Below are positions 37,135-38,524 of a stretch of DNA of 38,524 nt, piece by piece. The position numbers were made by a program, and so were the translations under genes. Where the stretch lies: assembly GCA_049472335.1 (NCBI GenBank), contig JBLIRO010000046.1, forward strand, positions 1-38,524, read 5' to 3'. The notes under the pieces were generated by a model, which made no database searches, was not told the DNA's origin, and saw only the letters and a program-made list of their open reading frames with translations. The stretch is from a bacterium. GTDB taxonomy: Bacteria > SZUA-182 > DTGQ01 > JAFGSM01. The stretch's first letter is position 1, and the number at the start of each line of letters is the position of its first letter.

Positions 37135-37172
37135 AAGGCCAATATATTATCTGCCTGGTTATTTTTAAAAAC

Positions 37173-37601
37173 TTAAATAATCCGTAGGTCTGGAAAATAT
37201 TTTTTATATATCCCTCTATCCCTGGTAATAATAGCATCACAATTTGTTAAAGCAAATCCACCGATAAAAAAATCTGATAAAAAATGTTCTTTACCACCAA
37301 TTATGTTCCCGCACTGAGGGCATTTAAGCCTTTCTTTCCTTTTTAAATATTTCATCCAACGATTTCCACTGGCAATTACAGACTTAACATCCAATGGCTC
37401 GATATTAATTTTATGGTCTTTTAAAAACAAGTTTAAAAGTTTAGTATCTCCTTTAAATTGAGGCATAAGTTCTGCAAATACAACTGATGGGGTGATAAGC
37501 TCTTCCTTCTGCTCCAGAGCTATATATAATTTCTCCTGATTACTTTTAAATTCATCTTTCAGAATATCAATTAAAGTTGTAGTATCTATACATATCCTCA
37601 A
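37173..37601 (-). CDS. vapC: PIN-domain toxin (VapC-like) with a CxxC insert
   Basis: IDTT, VFAEL, SDFFIGGFA, ITRD acidic PIN residues; 4-bp overlap with the upstream antitoxin. Confidence 0.85.
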   Translation of the reverse strand: MRICIDTTTLIDILKDEFKSNQEKLYIALEQKEELITPSVVFAELMPQFKGDTKLLNLFLKDHKINIEPLDVKSVIASGNRWMKYLKRKERLKCPQCGNIIGGKEHFLSDFFIGGFALTNCDAIITRDRGIYKKYFPDLRII

Positions 37602-37819
37602 TTAATCTTTCCCCTTATTTCATCAATATATTCATTAGAAGTCTTTCCATCTTTAAATCTTCCGCGCCATTTATTTTTTATTTCCTGGATAGGATTTACA
37701 ATAATGATATATCTATCTCCCTCCTTGGTTATGTCTACCTCGCATCCCGGAACTATACCAAGTTCATCCCGAACTCTTTGTGGAATCGTAATTTGGTACT
37801 TTGCAGTAACCTTTGACAT
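37598..37819 (-). CDS. AbrB/MazE/SpoVT-family antitoxin
   Basis: SKVTAKYQITIPQRVRDELGI.PG. Confidence 0.9.
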   Translation of the reverse strand: MSKVTAKYQITIPQRVRDELGIVPGCEVDITKEGDRYIIIVNPIQEIKNKWRGRFKDGKTSNEYIDEIRGKIN

Positions 37820-37838
37820 ATTTTTTTACCTCTCAAGC

Positions 37839-37890
37839 TGGTATACCATTAACATGATTATAGTATACCATTATTGGTGTTTCCTGTCAA
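37839..37890 (-). promoter_or_regulatory. Toxin-antitoxin promoter with two operator palindromes
   Basis: Minus strand TTGACA-17 bp-TATACT (extended TGn); TGGTATACCA (37839-37848) and TAGTATACCA (37861-37870), the latter overlapping the -10. Confidence 0.8.
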
Positions 37891-38012
37891 AGTCAATTAC
37901 GCCCCATATAAGGGCTGGTTTGAAGAAGTAGTATAACTTTCTGTTTAAAATACTTATCTGGCTTAATTTGTTTTCTCTGTTATTGAAAAGCAATATATTA
38001 TGTTACATTTTA

Positions 38013-38524
38013 TTATATTTTTATGATTGTGTGGGGAGTTAAATTTTCTAAAAATTCTTCACAGGGGATGCATGCTACATTATTTCTTAAAAATTTTTCC
38101 TTGCCTCGATATAAAAGTATAGTTTTGCATTCAGGATAATCTTGCTGAAAGGTTTTTAGACTGCGCAAATCAGATGGTCGCACTTTGGCAGTATTTTTTA
38201 CTTCAATGCCCCAAAAACCATCTTCACCATATATAATAAAATCAACTTCCACATGATGGTAAGTTCGCCAATAATAGAGACTATTTTTATTGCCATGATA
38301 AGCATTCCATGCCCTTAGATGCTGAGCGACAAGACCTTCAAGCGCTGCTCCTTCTATTTCTTCAGGCCGGTCTAATAGCCCTGCCGGACGTAAGGATCTA
38401 TATACGCCGGCATCAAATAAATAAAGTTTCTCACTAACTACTGTCTTGCGCTTAGCCCTTTCTATAAAAACAGGTATTCGAAAGGCTAATAATAAATCTT
38501 CTAAAATTTGAACATAATTTTGGA
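38013..38524 (-). CDS. AAA_14/DUF4143 ATP-binding protein, C-terminal part (5' end beyond the window)
   Basis: Frame open to the window edge: KLYLFDAGVYRSL...GAALEGLVAQHL...YYWRT...EVDFII...GIEVK. Confidence 0.88.
   Translation of the reverse strand, partial: QNYVQILEDLLLAFRIPVFIERAKRKTVVSEKLYLFDAGVYRSLRPAGLLDRPEEIEGAALEGLVAQHLRAWNAYHGNKNSLYYWRTYHHVEVDFIIYGEDGFWGIEVKNTAKVRPSDLRSLKTFQQDYPECKTILLYRGKEKFLRNNVACIPCEEFLENLTPHTIIKI

Overview
AT-rich bacterial chromosomal window, probably from an anaerobe with an outer membrane (tungsten-type AOR, MoeA, Tat, Lnt, a beta-barrel, many two-component proteins). It holds about 33 genes and no rRNA, tRNA, CRISPR array or transposase that I could see. Main blocks: (i) the end of a repeat-containing surface protein, a NarL-type two-component pair and a GNAT; (ii) a large secreted repeat protein with a 'GCFI' C-terminal tail; (iii) ferredoxin-AOR-TPR; (iv) a secreted Gly/Tyr/Leu-rich (GGLYG)n protein; (v) tatB-tatC-moeA; (vi) metallophosphoesterase-rtcA-clp1-sixA, a possible RNA end-processing cluster with no ligase in view; (vii) a secreted protein plus S8 protease; (viii) lnt - PDZ/multi-TM/GAF/PP2C sensor phosphatase - outer-membrane barrel - STAS, with an RsbW-like kinase about 5 kb beyond lnt, a candidate envelope-sensing partner-switching system; (ix) DUF72, a PAS hybrid kinase, vapBC and a partial AAA/DUF4143 gene. 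Non-coding signals read directly from the DNA are four near-consensus sigma54 promoters (three in front of secreted proteins), several sigma70 promoters, two inverted copies of a ~130-bp MITE-like element, and a 160-bp MITE-like element with an 8-bp flanking direct repeat and internal heptamer arrays. All function calls come from motif recognition by eye; no searches were run.
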